Positions 35,143 to 45,230 are shown, numbered from the stretch's first letter. The stretch is DNA of 64,000 bases from Patescibacteria group bacterium (GCA_050943055.1 JBMNOL010000003.1:3982-67981), one strand, 5' to 3'. Numbers and translations: made by a program. Notes: generated by a model not told the origin, from the sequence alone.

Positions 35143-36057
35143 ATGTCTAAGAAAAACTGGTTTCCGCTTACCCTCCGAATTAAAATTAGAAAATTTTGGC
35201 ACTCTTATCAGCGACCGCTACTTATTGGCGTGCCGCTGTTAATTTTATTTTTAGTGCTCTTACCGATTTTAAAGAAGAGTTGGTTGGATTATCCGGCTCC
35301 TCTGCGGGCCAAGATTGCACTTAATTATTTATTGGCGGATAAATCAACCGGTGTTGCTTGTCGGGAGACTTGCCAAAAACAACGTCAACAATATCTTAAT
35401 CTAATATTTAATGGTGGGCAGCAGGTGCGCTCGGAAACGGAAAAGGCCTTAGTTAGTTCTAGTACCAGCTCAGAAATTAGATCGTTATTGATTAGGGGGT
35501 GGCAGTCTGTTGGTTGGGTGGCTCCCGAACCAGATATTTTGACTAGCGCTCCTTCTTTGGCGGTGCAAACCTCCTTAATTGAGGCTTGGCCCGAACTCGC
35601 TCCCGCTAATTGGTGGGCAGAAATTAGTAATCGTTTTTATACTAGTCAAGAAGATGAGGAGCGGTTATTAATTTTAAAAAATTTATTAGGGCGCCAAGAT
35701 TCAGTAGCGGAGGAATTAGTGGTGACGGTTTTAAAAGATTCTAGCTATTCAGAATCGCTTCAAGGACAGGCTTATTTTTTGTGGGCAAACTTGCCTGATA
35801 GAGAGCGGGCTCAAGCCTTGATGCCGCTAACTGCTTGGCGTGAAATTTTGTTGCGTCCTGATTATTCGGAGACATTTAAAGAGATGATAATTTGGGGCTT
35901 AACGCCCGTTCCCGGGTTAATAAGTGATGGTGAAGAAATAAAAGAATTATTAAAAATAATCTTAACTAAGCCGGGAGAGGTTAATCTACATTTGCGGTTA
36001 GCGGCAGAGTCGGTTTTAGATGAATGGTTATTAATAATCCCCGATCCCACTTCTTAA
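35143..36057 (+). CDS. Single-pass membrane protein, helical-repeat ectodomain, unknown function
   Basis: 304 aa. TM PLLIGVPLLILFLVLLPIL. The rest is predicted helical by composition. No motif recognised. Confidence 0.45.
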   Translation: MSKKNWFPLTLRIKIRKFWHSYQRPLLIGVPLLILFLVLLPILKKSWLDYPAPLRAKIALNYLLADKSTGVACRETCQKQRQQYLNLIFNGGQQVRSETEKALVSSSTSSEIRSLLIRGWQSVGWVAPEPDILTSAPSLAVQTSLIEAWPELAPANWWAEISNRFYTSQEDEERLLILKNLLGRQDSVAEELVVTVLKDSSYSESLQGQAYFLWANLPDRERAQALMPLTAWREILLRPDYSETFKEMIIWGLTPVPGLISDGEEIKELLKIILTKPGEVNLHLRLAAESVLDEWLLIIPDPTS

Positions 36058-36078
36058 TTTAGCGGTCTTAAAAAATAT

Positions 36079-39000
36079 ATGAAAAATTTAAAAATTAAAA
36101 TTTTATTTTTTTCCCTCAGTCTGGTTTGGACTTTAAGCGCCGTCCCTGCCCACGCTCTACCAGTCGGAACTTTACTATTTAGAACTTCGGGTAGTGGCCT
36201 TTCTTATGGTTACAACACTAATATCTTAGTAATCATAGAGAATGGTTTTCCAAAAGATTTTTATTCCGGACATACCGGTATTTATGTTGGCCAGGAGGAC
36301 GGGGTTGACTATGTGGTGGAAATGCAACCGCAAGGAGCAATTAAAATACCTGCCAATCAGTTTGTAAATACCGCTTTAGGAGAGAAATTAATTAGTGCTA
36401 AAATTCCGAAAAACTCTACAGCGGCACAACGGGCGCGAGCGGCGGCTTTGGCCAAAAATTTAGCGCGGGCAGGGGTTGATTACGACTTTGATTTTAAATA
36501 TCAGAAGGGGCCAGGGTCAGCGGCATGGACTTGTGTTGGTTTGGCGGAAAAAGTTTATGAAAGTGCCAATACCAACAACCCTGCTGATTTAACTACGCTT
36601 GTTTATAACACCCAAGATTATGCGGTTGATATTACTCCCGACGGTTTTGATAATGTTAGCGTTTATAATCAAGACGGTGATTGTTTTTCCGAAACTAAAG
36701 AGTTTTCTAAAATTGCTCGTAAAACGGAACTCACCTTACCATTACCGGAAAAAATTGGTTATGATTTTGGCCTGGAAAATGGTGCCGATCGCTTTATTTT
36801 TTTTCCGCAAACTCAGGAAAAGCAAAACTCTTTAATATCGGTACCAGTTGATATTGATCTAGATTCCGAATTTAGAGCCGATCCGGTGCGCGGACGAATT
36901 CCCGTTATCAAGGTGGCTCTTAAATGGAGCTTGATTAATAATCCTGTTTCTACGGTTAAGCAGATTGGTTATCAGGCGGCTAGTATTGCTCAGAAGATAA
37001 AAGATTTTATTTCACCCACTGATGATAATTTAGTTTATCTTGAAGAAAAAGAGGTAGAGCCGCTTCCATCTAAAAAAGTTAGCAGCGGTAAAGAGACCAC
37101 CTCGCCAACGGTGGTTAAAACTGCCCCCAAAACCAGCACCCCGGCACCAACGCTAACTAAGGTTGTTCCGGCGTCAGTACCGACGGTAAACCCACCGGCA
37201 AAAACGACACCTAGCCAAACCTCAAAAACCGAGATAAAAACAGAACCAATTAAAGTTTTATCGCCGGCTCCTAAAAAAGAAACCCCACCGCCTAGCGCGG
37301 AAAGCTATCGTCCCGCAACAACAGTTTTGCCTAGTACCACCCCGGCGCAACCAAAAACTGATTATGTGCCGATTAAAGTCGCCACTCCCAAAGAATCAGT
37401 AACCAATCAATTAAAAAAGCTGGCTTCTGACGAGGCGGAAAATGAAAATAATAAAAATACCGTTCCTACTAATACCAATACGGAAGAAGAATTAGTCTCA
37501 GTGCCTCAGGCTTTAATCTCTAAAGTTTATAGTAATGGCACCGATGATTGGTTAGAGATTGTTAATGCTTCGGATCAGGATTTAGATTTAGTGGCGCACG
37601 ATTATCGTTTAGTTAAATTAAAAGGGGGAAGTCCGGTTTTGATTATGGATTTTGGCAACGAAAATCATGGCACCTATCCGGGCGGAACGGTCATTGCCCC
37701 GCACAGTAGTTATTTAGTGGTACGTTCTTCGGCGGCCGAGAATGTTAAGGCTTTAGCGGATGCAATTTCTACTCGTGATAATTTTTCTTGGACTGAAGAT
37801 GGTTACACCTTGTATCTAGGCACCGGCGCTATTTCCTCTGATGAGGATGTTGATATTGTTGATCGCCTGGGCTATGGCGAAGCCTTATATTATTCGGGCG
37901 CGCCCGCGCCCGCGCTTGTTCCTGGTTACGCGTTGGAGCGGAAGGCGAGCGCCAGTTCAACGATAGAATCCTTATCCTCCGGTGGTCTAGAGGAATTATG
38001 GGCGCGTTTATATGATAGTCGTGATAATAGTCGTGATTTTTTACTGATTCCTTATGATTATGAATTAATTAAAGCTAACGAAGAAAAGGATAATCCTCCC
38101 GCCGAAGAGGAAGTGGAAGAGGAGGAAACGGAGACGGAGGTTCTTCCTCCCGAATTAATTGATACCGCTGAAGGCCTGTTTGTTAATCCCGCCAGTCTAG
38201 AGTCGGAAGCCTTGACGCAGCTTTGGCATTTTGATGAGTGTTTTGGTGACGAGCATAGTAATGCTTTAGCGACGGTCAGTGACTATCCGCAGGAGTTAGT
38301 GGCGGCCGATTTGTGGGGAATTGGTAAGTGGGGCTGTGCTCTTAAATTAGATTTAGAAAATCGCGGCCTAAAAAGCGATTTGCCGCCAGATTTTGATAGC
38401 AATAATTTTACGATTGCTTTTTACTACCGCAAAGATATTCATGGAAACTTTTTTATTGATTGGCGTTTAAATAATCGCCAGCCGGAGACACAACAATTTT
38501 CTCTTAACTTGAATGAATATCGGAGCGAAATTCACGGTTTTCCCGGACCGAATGGTTATTTTTTTGATCTGGCCTGGCCGGCGGATGATAATTGGCATCA
38601 GGTAGCGCTAGTTGTTAATCAAGCAGCTGGATATTGGGGGCTTTATCTTGACGGTGAAGAGAAGTATCTTTACGAAAATAGTTGGATTATTCCGGAGTTT
38701 ACGGATTGGGAAATTGAATTAAGACCAAATACGCCGGCCGTTTTAATTGATGAGTTGAGCCTGTGGTTACGCCCTTTATCAGAAGCCGAATTAAAGGAGA
38801 TTTTTGATTATAATTTACCCTTTAACCCTTATACTTGGCCCGATCCGCAACGGGCGCCGGAGTTGGAGCATTATTGGCGCTTTGATGAAAATAACGAGGA
38901 AATTGCCAGAGATGAGATTGGCGGTGATGACCTAGCGGTTAAAGTGAGCGATTGGAATATGGAAGGCTTTATTGATAGCAGTTTAAAGGCGATCGGTGAT

Positions 39001-39465
39001 TTTTCCTGGGATCTTACGGAAATGCCCTTAAAGGATAGTTCTTTTGCTTTTTGGTGGCGAAACACTTCTCATCCTAATGAAGGCCGTTTCAATTTTAAAT
39101 TACGAGGCAACGATAAAGATATTTTTACTTTAATGCCGACAATCTATAATCCCAGTTTTTCTTTTAATGGGAGCGGCGGGTTTTTAGGGGAATACGGTAA
39201 AGATTATTTTCCGATGGATAAGGATTGGCACCATTTGGCGGTTACCTATGACTCCTATCGTTACCGTTGGCGTTTTTTCTTTGATGGTGAGCTATGGAAA
39301 GAGGTGCCGGCCATGAAATTGAAGCCCGGGACTGTTTTGGATCAGCTTGTTATTGATACCGAAAATTATCCTTCCGATATTGATGAGCTTAAAATTTGGA
39401 GTGGCGTCTTAAATAAAGAGGCAATCTTAGCGGAATATGAGAGTTATCAGGAGTATTTGCCTTAA
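36079..39465 (+). CDS. Large secreted multidomain protein: permuted papain-like (YiiX/C92-type) domain, Thr/Pro-rich linker, lamin-tail domain, two LamG-like domains
   Basis: 1128 aa. Signal peptide ending AHA. His-before-Cys pair (SGHTGIYVG at aa 65, AWTCVGLAEKVY at aa 152). TP-rich aa about 330-445. LTD-like ISKVYSNGTDDWLEIVNASDQDLDL. Two WHFDE/WRFDE...DELSLW/DELKIW concanavalin-like modules. Confidence 0.8.
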   Translation: MKNLKIKILFFSLSLVWTLSAVPAHALPVGTLLFRTSGSGLSYGYNTNILVIIENGFPKDFYSGHTGIYVGQEDGVDYVVEMQPQGAIKIPANQFVNTALGEKLISAKIPKNSTAAQRARAAALAKNLARAGVDYDFDFKYQKGPGSAAWTCVGLAEKVYESANTNNPADLTTLVYNTQDYAVDITPDGFDNVSVYNQDGDCFSETKEFSKIARKTELTLPLPEKIGYDFGLENGADRFIFFPQTQEKQNSLISVPVDIDLDSEFRADPVRGRIPVIKVALKWSLINNPVSTVKQIGYQAASIAQKIKDFISPTDDNLVYLEEKEVEPLPSKKVSSGKETTSPTVVKTAPKTSTPAPTLTKVVPASVPTVNPPAKTTPSQTSKTEIKTEPIKVLSPAPKKETPPPSAESYRPATTVLPSTTPAQPKTDYVPIKVATPKESVTNQLKKLASDEAENENNKNTVPTNTNTEEELVSVPQALISKVYSNGTDDWLEIVNASDQDLDLVAHDYRLVKLKGGSPVLIMDFGNENHGTYPGGTVIAPHSSYLVVRSSAAENVKALADAISTRDNFSWTEDGYTLYLGTGAISSDEDVDIVDRLGYGEALYYSGAPAPALVPGYALERKASASSTIESLSSGGLEELWARLYDSRDNSRDFLLIPYDYELIKANEEKDNPPAEEEVEEEETETEVLPPELIDTAEGLFVNPASLESEALTQLWHFDECFGDEHSNALATVSDYPQELVAADLWGIGKWGCALKLDLENRGLKSDLPPDFDSNNFTIAFYYRKDIHGNFFIDWRLNNRQPETQQFSLNLNEYRSEIHGFPGPNGYFFDLAWPADDNWHQVALVVNQAAGYWGLYLDGEEKYLYENSWIIPEFTDWEIELRPNTPAVLIDELSLWLRPLSEAELKEIFDYNLPFNPYTWPDPQRAPELEHYWRFDENNEEIARDEIGGDDLAVKVSDWNMEGFIDSSLKAIGDFSWDLTEMPLKDSSFAFWWRNTSHPNEGRFNFKLRGNDKDIFTLMPTIYNPSFSFNGSGGFLGEYGKDYFPMDKDWHHLAVTYDSYRYRWRFFFDGELWKEVPAMKLKPGTVLDQLVIDTENYPSDIDELKIWSGVLNKEAILAEYESYQEYLP

Positions 39466-39534
39466 AATATTTTTTGAGTAAGCGCTTATTTAAATAATGT
39501 TTGCCAACGCCAGATCGAGAGATGGTGGTGGCCA

Positions 39535-39574
39535 CCCCGACTATTTGTTAAAAATAGTCGGGGTTTGTCTTTTT
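39535..39574 (+). terminator. Rho-independent terminator after the 1128-aa gene
   Basis: 12-bp stem CCCCGACTATTT/AAATAGTCGGGG followed by TTTGTCTTTTT. Confidence 0.75.
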
Positions 39575-39619
39575 AACTTGATTTTTACCCAATTTTTTTG
39601 TAATCTATAAGTATTATCC

Positions 39620-39972
39620 GGGGGTAAGCAGATGGTTGCTCGGTTCGCCGAGAGGAAAGTCCGGACTCCTTAAAAGGGCAGTGGATAACGTCCACCAGGG
39701 GTAACCCTAGGGAAAGTGCCACAGAGACAATACTAGTTCGCCAGTTGGTTCTACCAGCAGGCGGATGAAAGGTGAAAAGAAAAAGGGTGTCGCAAGGCTA
39801 CCTTTTTCGCTTAGCGGTGACGCTAAGATTGCGGTAAACCCTGCCTGGAGCAAGGACAAACTCTGTTGCTTTTTAAGTAACAGAAGAAAAGTGGTCCGCT
39901 TGATCGGTTTGGCAACAAATCGGCTTAGATAAATAATCATCCTAGACAGAATCCGGCTTATCGCTTACCCCC
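39620..39972 (+). ncRNA. rnpB: RNase P RNA, bacterial type A
   Basis: P1 pairing GGGGGTAAGC (39620-39629) with GCTTACCCCC (39963-39972). Conserved GAGGAAAGTCCGG (39652-39664), GCGGTAAACCC (39831-39841) and ACAGAATCCGGCTTA (39946-39960). Confidence 0.88.
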
Positions 39973-39996
39973 AAAATAACTTTTTTAAGACTTTTT

Positions 39997-41418
39997 ATGA
40001 AACACAAGCGCGCAGAACTATTTTTTACGACCATTTTGGTACCTTTAGATTTCATTCTTATTTTTCTCGCCGGAATTTCCGCTTACTACCTTCGTTTTTC
40101 TGATTACTATCGTCAAGTGCGTCCGGTTGTTTTTGATTTACCAATTAGTGAATACTGGCCGGGCTTACTGATAATTAGCGCTCTCATGATTCCGGTAATG
40201 TTTTTTTCCGGCGCTTATATCCCTAAGCGCGACAAACAGCCGGCTAAAGAGGTGGTTAGAGTGGTCACCGGCGCTTCAGTTGGCTTAGCACTAGTAACTT
40301 TAATTATTTTCTTACAACGAGATTTATTTGATTCTCGTTTTATCGTCTTAGCGACTTGGGTCTTCACTATTCTTTATTTGAGTATTGCTCATCCCCTAGT
40401 TAATTGGCTTCAGAAAAAAATGTATGCTCGCGGAATTGGTGTTAGTCAGGCCATTCTAGTGGGAAATAGTAAAACGGTTGATAATCTAATTGCGGAGTTT
40501 TCGACCAATAAATACTCCGGCTATGAAGTTGTACGCCGACTACGCGATTTTTCTTTAGAAACCGCTCAAGAATTAAGAGAATTTATTAAAGACCACCCAG
40601 TTGATGAGGTTATTCAGGCTGATCCTAATTTAAGTAAGGCGGAAACTTTAAGGCTTTATGATTTTGCTAACGAAAATCAGCTCACTTTTAAGTATGTCGC
40701 CGATTTATTAGAGATTAAAGTTTTACGTCACGAGGTCCAAGAAATTATTGGTATCCCGGTAGTAGAAGTGAAGAGAACAACTTTAGAGGGTTGGGGGCGA
40801 GTGGCGAAACGTATTATGGATTTAATTTTTTCCTCCTTATTAATTATTATTCTATCGCCGGTTTTTTTAATTACCGCTTTAGCAATTAAATTAGATTCCC
40901 GGGGGCCGGTTTTCTTTTCTCGTCGCGATGATGGTACGCCGGTGACTAGAGTCGGTGAAGGTGGTCGTCCGTTTCGTTATTTTAAATTTCGATCCATGCG
41001 CGATAAGGTTGATAGTATGCGCTATAACGAATTGGCCGATAGAAATGTCCGCAGTGACGGGCCGATGGTAAAAATTAAAGACGACCCGCGCGTTACTAGA
41101 GTCGGCAAGTTTATTCGTCGCTTTTCCATTGATGAGTTACCGGAATTATTTTTAGTCTTTGTCGGCAAGATGAGTCTTGTTGGTCCCCGGCCACATTTGC
41201 CGGAAGAGGTGGCAAAATATCAACATCATCATAAGAAGACTTTAACGATTAAGCCGGGGATTACCGGTTTGGCACAAGTCTCCGGACGTAGTGATTTATT
41301 GTTTGAGGAGGAGGTTAAATTAGATGTCTACTATATTGAAAACTGGACTTTAGTTTTAGATTTTGCCATTTTACTAAAAACGCCAGCCGCTGTTTTTAAA
41401 AAAAGACAAGCTGATTAA
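39997..41418 (+). CDS. Polyprenyl-phosphate sugar phosphotransferase (WbaP/EpsB-type initiating transferase)
   Basis: 473 aa. N-terminal TM bundle. C-terminal bacterial sugar transferase domain (KRIMDLIFSSLLIIILSPVFL, DELPELFLVFVGKMSLVGPRP). Confidence 0.85.
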   Translation: MKHKRAELFFTTILVPLDFILIFLAGISAYYLRFSDYYRQVRPVVFDLPISEYWPGLLIISALMIPVMFFSGAYIPKRDKQPAKEVVRVVTGASVGLALVTLIIFLQRDLFDSRFIVLATWVFTILYLSIAHPLVNWLQKKMYARGIGVSQAILVGNSKTVDNLIAEFSTNKYSGYEVVRRLRDFSLETAQELREFIKDHPVDEVIQADPNLSKAETLRLYDFANENQLTFKYVADLLEIKVLRHEVQEIIGIPVVEVKRTTLEGWGRVAKRIMDLIFSSLLIIILSPVFLITALAIKLDSRGPVFFSRRDDGTPVTRVGEGGRPFRYFKFRSMRDKVDSMRYNELADRNVRSDGPMVKIKDDPRVTRVGKFIRRFSIDELPELFLVFVGKMSLVGPRPHLPEEVAKYQHHHKKTLTIKPGITGLAQVSGRSDLLFEEEVKLDVYYIENWTLVLDFAILLKTPAAVFKKRQAD

Positions 41419-41422
41419 CTTT

Positions 41423-42556
41423 ATGAAAGTTGCTTTAATTCATGATCATTTAGCGCAGACGGGCGGGGCGGAAAAAGTTTTAAAAGTTTTTGCCGATATT
41501 TTTCCGGAGGCCACTATCTACACTTTGTTGGCCGATAAAGTCAAGACCGATACTTATCTTGAAGGTCGTCGCATTGATACCTCTGTTATCCAAAGATTGC
41601 CCGGGGGTGTTAAGCATTACAAATGGTACTTACCCCTAATGCCGATGGCGGTGGAATTTTTTGATTTAAGTGAATATGATTTAGTTATCTCTGATACCAG
41701 TTCTTTTGCTAAAGGAGTCATCACCTTACCCGATGTGCCTCATATTTGTTATTGCCATACCCCGACGCGCTATTTATGGAGCGATGCGCACAGTTATTTA
41801 AACGAGCTTAAGTATAATAAATGGTTCAAAAAAATTATTGCGCGAATGTTAGTGAGGTTGCGCCAGTGGGATTTTTTGGCGGCCAGTCGGGTTGATTATT
41901 TTATCGCTAACTCAAAAACAGTTGCCAAAAGAATTAGTAAATATTATCGCCGTGAAGCACAAGTTATTTATCCGCCGGTAGAAACCGATAATTTTTTTAT
42001 AAGCGATTTAAGCGCCCAGGCTCCGGAAGAACGTTATTTTTTAGCCGGTTGCCGCTTAGTTCCTTACAAACGGATTGACTTAGTAGTTGAAGCTTTTAAA
42101 GAATTGGGACCGGATTATCGCCTTAAAGTTTTTGGTGATGGATTGGACTTGTCGCGTCTTAAAAAAATTGCTGGCGAAGCGGGAAATATTGAATTTTTGG
42201 GGCGCGTGAGCGATGATCAAAAAGCCGTTTATTATAGTCGGGCCCAAGCTTTTATTAATCCTCAAGAAGAAGATTTTGGTATTACCCCCTTGGAGTCAAT
42301 GGCTTCGGGACGCCCAGTGATTGCTTACCGCAAGGGGGGAGCCACTGAAACCGTTAGAGAAGGGGAGACCGGAATATTTTTTGACGAGCAAACCCCGGCT
42401 TCTTTGGTGACGGCGATAAAATCTTTCCGAAGTGAAAATTTTTCGTCAACGCGGATTCGAGCTTATGCGGAAACTTTTTCCGTCGCCCGTTTTAGTGAAG
42501 AAATTAAAAAATTGGTCGCTGCGGTAATGTCTAAAAATAATGAAAATAGCCGTTGA
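41423..42556 (+). CDS. Family 4 glycosyltransferase
   Basis: 377 aa. GT-B fold features, including the EDFGITPLESMASGRPVIA motif. Confidence 0.8.
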   Translation: MKVALIHDHLAQTGGAEKVLKVFADIFPEATIYTLLADKVKTDTYLEGRRIDTSVIQRLPGGVKHYKWYLPLMPMAVEFFDLSEYDLVISDTSSFAKGVITLPDVPHICYCHTPTRYLWSDAHSYLNELKYNKWFKKIIARMLVRLRQWDFLAASRVDYFIANSKTVAKRISKYYRREAQVIYPPVETDNFFISDLSAQAPEERYFLAGCRLVPYKRIDLVVEAFKELGPDYRLKVFGDGLDLSRLKKIAGEAGNIEFLGRVSDDQKAVYYSRAQAFINPQEEDFGITPLESMASGRPVIAYRKGGATETVREGETGIFFDEQTPASLVTAIKSFRSENFSSTRIRAYAETFSVARFSEEIKKLVAAVMSKNNENSR

Positions 42557-43709
42557 TATTCGAGTTTTAATGGACCAGCAATATAGCGGAATTTCCGAGT
42601 ATGTTTATTATTTGCTGCGTTCTTGGCTTGATGATCATCCCGAGCATGAATATATTTTTTATTATAATTCCTGGCGGCCCTTACCGCGAGAAATTTTTTC
42701 TTGGGTCAAGGGGCGAGCGACTTTTAAAAAAACGCGCTGGCCTAATAAAATATTTAATTATTTTTTCCAGTTTCTCTGCCGACGGCCGAAATTAGATCGG
42801 CTTGTCGGCCCGGTGGATATTTTTTGGTCGCCGCATCTTAATTTTTCTAATTTTGGGGAACCGGCAACGCTTAAAGTTTTAACTGTCCATGATTTATCCT
42901 TCTTACGCTATCCGGAGTTTTTTACTTGGCGGAAGAATTTTTGGCACCGCTTTTTAAGATTAAAAAAATTGGTGGCCCAATATGATTTTATCGTGGCTAT
43001 TTCCGAGAATACCAAGCAAGATTTAATTGAGCTTTTGGGGGTGCCAGCCGAAAAAATTAAAGTAATTTATTCTGGAGTAAATAAAGATTCAGTCACTCTA
43101 ACGCCAGAAGAAATTAGAAATTTTCGGGTTAAGAATGATTTAAATAGTCACTTTATTCTTTATTTAGGAGCGATTGAGCCGCGAAAAAATGTTCAAGGCT
43201 TAATTGAGGCCTATGAACGTTTGCGTGACAAACGCTTAGATTTATCTAACTATCATTTGGTTTTGGCCGGTGCTAAGGGCTGGAAAAATCGGGCTATCTA
43301 TCGGCAAGCGAGCGACTCGCTCTATAAAGATGATATTAAGTTTTTGGGCTATGTCAGTCGGGAGGAGCGTAATTGGCTCTATGATCAGGCGACGATTTTT
43401 GTTTATCCTTCTTATTATGAAGGCTTTGGTTTTCCGCCTCTGGAGGCGATGAGTCATGGTCAGCCGACAATCACCTCTGATGCCTCCGCCATTCCCGAAG
43501 TTGTCGGTGATGCCGCTATAACCGTTAATCCTTATTCGGTAATTGACTTGGCGCACGCGCTGGAAACTTTATTAGAGGATGAATCTTTGCGCCGTTATTT
43601 TTCCGAGCGCGGGCGCGCTCGGGCCGCCTGGTTTTCCTGGTCTGAGACCGCTAAAAATTATTTCTTTTTATTTCAAGAACTTTATGCGCGCCGTAATGCA
43701 AGTCGTTAG
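42540..43709 (+). CDS. Family 4 glycosyltransferase
   Basis: 389 aa. The EGFGFPPLEAMSHGQPTI motif. 17-nt overlap with the preceding GT4 gene. Confidence 0.8.
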   Translation: MKIAVDIRVLMDQQYSGISEYVYYLLRSWLDDHPEHEYIFYYNSWRPLPREIFSWVKGRATFKKTRWPNKIFNYFFQFLCRRPKLDRLVGPVDIFWSPHLNFSNFGEPATLKVLTVHDLSFLRYPEFFTWRKNFWHRFLRLKKLVAQYDFIVAISENTKQDLIELLGVPAEKIKVIYSGVNKDSVTLTPEEIRNFRVKNDLNSHFILYLGAIEPRKNVQGLIEAYERLRDKRLDLSNYHLVLAGAKGWKNRAIYRQASDSLYKDDIKFLGYVSREERNWLYDQATIFVYPSYYEGFGFPPLEAMSHGQPTITSDASAIPEVVGDAAITVNPYSVIDLAHALETLLEDESLRRYFSERGRARAAWFSWSETAKNYFFLFQELYARRNASR

Positions 43710-44130
43710 CGAGGCTCAGGTTGAAGTCGGTGGCCAGGTAGTGGGAGCAATTAAAAAAGGCTTAGTTATTCTCCTGGCAATCTCCCAAGCAGATCAAAAT
43801 GAGGAGGCGGTTAAACTCGCTAAAAAAATTAGTCAGTTGCGAATTTTTCCGGACGCTCAAGGGAAAATCAATTTAGATTTAGCGGCCGCTGGTGGCGAGA
43901 CGCTGGTTATTTCTCAATTTACTCTATACGGTAAAGTAGATCGGGGCCAGCGACCAAATTTTTTAGAGGCCGCGCCCGCTTCTTTAGCGGTGCCGCTCTA
44001 TGAAAAATTTATCAGCACTTTACGAGGTTTAGGTTTTAAAGTAGCGACCGGCCATTTTGGTGCTCTTATGACCGTCTCTCTAAAAAACGAAGGGCCACTA
44101 ACCTTAATAGTGGATACTAATAATCAATAA
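43684..44130 (+). CDS. dtd: D-aminoacyl-tRNA deacylase
   Basis: The track ORF (43579) carries a non-homologous extension. ATG at 43684 gives MRAVMQVVSEAQVEV. SQFTLYG and NEGPLTL motifs of Dtd. Confidence 0.85.
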   Translation: MRAVMQVVSEAQVEVGGQVVGAIKKGLVILLAISQADQNEEAVKLAKKISQLRIFPDAQGKINLDLAAAGGETLVISQFTLYGKVDRGQRPNFLEAAPASLAVPLYEKFISTLRGLGFKVATGHFGALMTVSLKNEGPLTLIVDTNNQ

Positions 44131-45194
44131 TGTTTGTGAAAAATAGTCAGCAGAAAAAAAAAGTTCTCGTCGCTCTTTCCGGTGGCGTTGATTCGGCGGT
44201 CACCGCCAAGATTTTATTAAGTCAGGGTTATCAGGTAACCGCGGTTTATTGTCTTTTTTGGAAAGAAGGTGCGGCTGATTCTGGTTTGGCATCTGCTCAA
44301 GCGGTGGCGGCGCAGTTAAAGATTCCTTTTCTCACTTTAGATTTGCATCAAGTTTTTAAAGAGAAAGTGGTTGATTATTTTCTAGCTGAATATGCGGCCG
44401 GGCTCACCCCTAATCCTTGTGTACGTTGCAATAAGCAGGTTAAACTGGGTGAATTGCTAAAATATGCGGCGGCTGAGGGCTTTGATTATTTGGCGACCGG
44501 CCATTATTTAGAAGTAAAGGGGCGTCCCGGTAAGCGTTATTTACTTAAGGGGCGCGATCCTAAAAAAGATCAGAGTTATTTTTTATATTCCCTTAACGCT
44601 CAAGAATTAGATCATTTACTTTTTCCTTTAGGAAAGTATAAAAAAACTAGAACTCGCCAAGAAGCCAGAAAAGAGCATTTAGTAAATGCTGAGCAAGCGG
44701 AAAGTCAGGATATTTGTTTCTTGTCCGGGCCGCATAATAATTTCTTAAAGCGTCATTTAAAACTACAGCCGGGGCCAATTATTTTAGAGGAAACGGGCGA
44801 AAATATTGGTACGCATCAGGGGCTGCCTCTCTATACCATTGGCCAACGGCGTGGCTTAGAGGTGGGTGGCACCGGACCTTATTATGTCGTGGGTTTTGAT
44901 TATGATAAAAATATTTTAAAAGTGGCGGCGACTTGGAATGATACTCGTCTTTATCGCCAAGACCTTTTAGCCAAAAATATAAATTGGAATTACCCTCGTC
45001 AACCGCGGAAAAATTTTTCTTGTCGGGCGGTAATTCGTTACGGCCACCCAGCCGAATCTTGCCGTCTTAGTCTGACTCCGGAAGGCGAAATAAAAGTAAT
45101 CTTTAAAAAGCCGCAACGGGCGATTACTGCTGGTCAAAGTATCGTCTTTTATCGGGGCCGTCGTCTTTTAGGGGGCGGGATTATTGCCTCGTAG
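44130..45194 (+). CDS. mnmA: tRNA 2-thiouridine(34) synthase MnmA
   Basis: 354 aa. PP-loop ALSGGVDSAV, NPCVRCN and ATGHY motifs. ATG overlaps the dtd stop. Confidence 0.9.
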   Translation: MFVKNSQQKKKVLVALSGGVDSAVTAKILLSQGYQVTAVYCLFWKEGAADSGLASAQAVAAQLKIPFLTLDLHQVFKEKVVDYFLAEYAAGLTPNPCVRCNKQVKLGELLKYAAAEGFDYLATGHYLEVKGRPGKRYLLKGRDPKKDQSYFLYSLNAQELDHLLFPLGKYKKTRTRQEARKEHLVNAEQAESQDICFLSGPHNNFLKRHLKLQPGPIILEETGENIGTHQGLPLYTIGQRRGLEVGGTGPYYVVGFDYDKNILKVAATWNDTRLYRQDLLAKNINWNYPRQPRKNFSCRAVIRYGHPAESCRLSLTPEGEIKVIFKKPQRAITAGQSIVFYRGRRLLGGGIIAS

Positions 45195-45200
45195 TTTACA

Positions 45201-45227
45201 AAAAAGAAGCCGATTAAGCTTCTTTTT
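45201..45227. terminator. Bidirectional terminator between mnmA (+) and tRNA-Leu (-)
   Basis: AAAAAGAAGC-CGATTAA-GCTTCTTTTT: a symmetric hairpin with A/T runs on both sides. Confidence 0.65.
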
Positions 45228-45230
45228 TTG

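Noticed and set aside
37066-37413. Thr/Pro-rich region considered as a DNA tandem repeat or contingency locus
   Set aside because: It is low-complexity at the protein level, but the nucleotide sequence is not an exact repeat array. It is best explained as a flexible stalk within the 1128-aa protein.
39707-39940. 77-aa ORF on the minus strand
   Set aside because: It lies entirely inside the RNase P RNA, which has the conserved CR-I, CR-IV and CR-V motifs and P1 pairing on the + strand. It is a spurious ORF.
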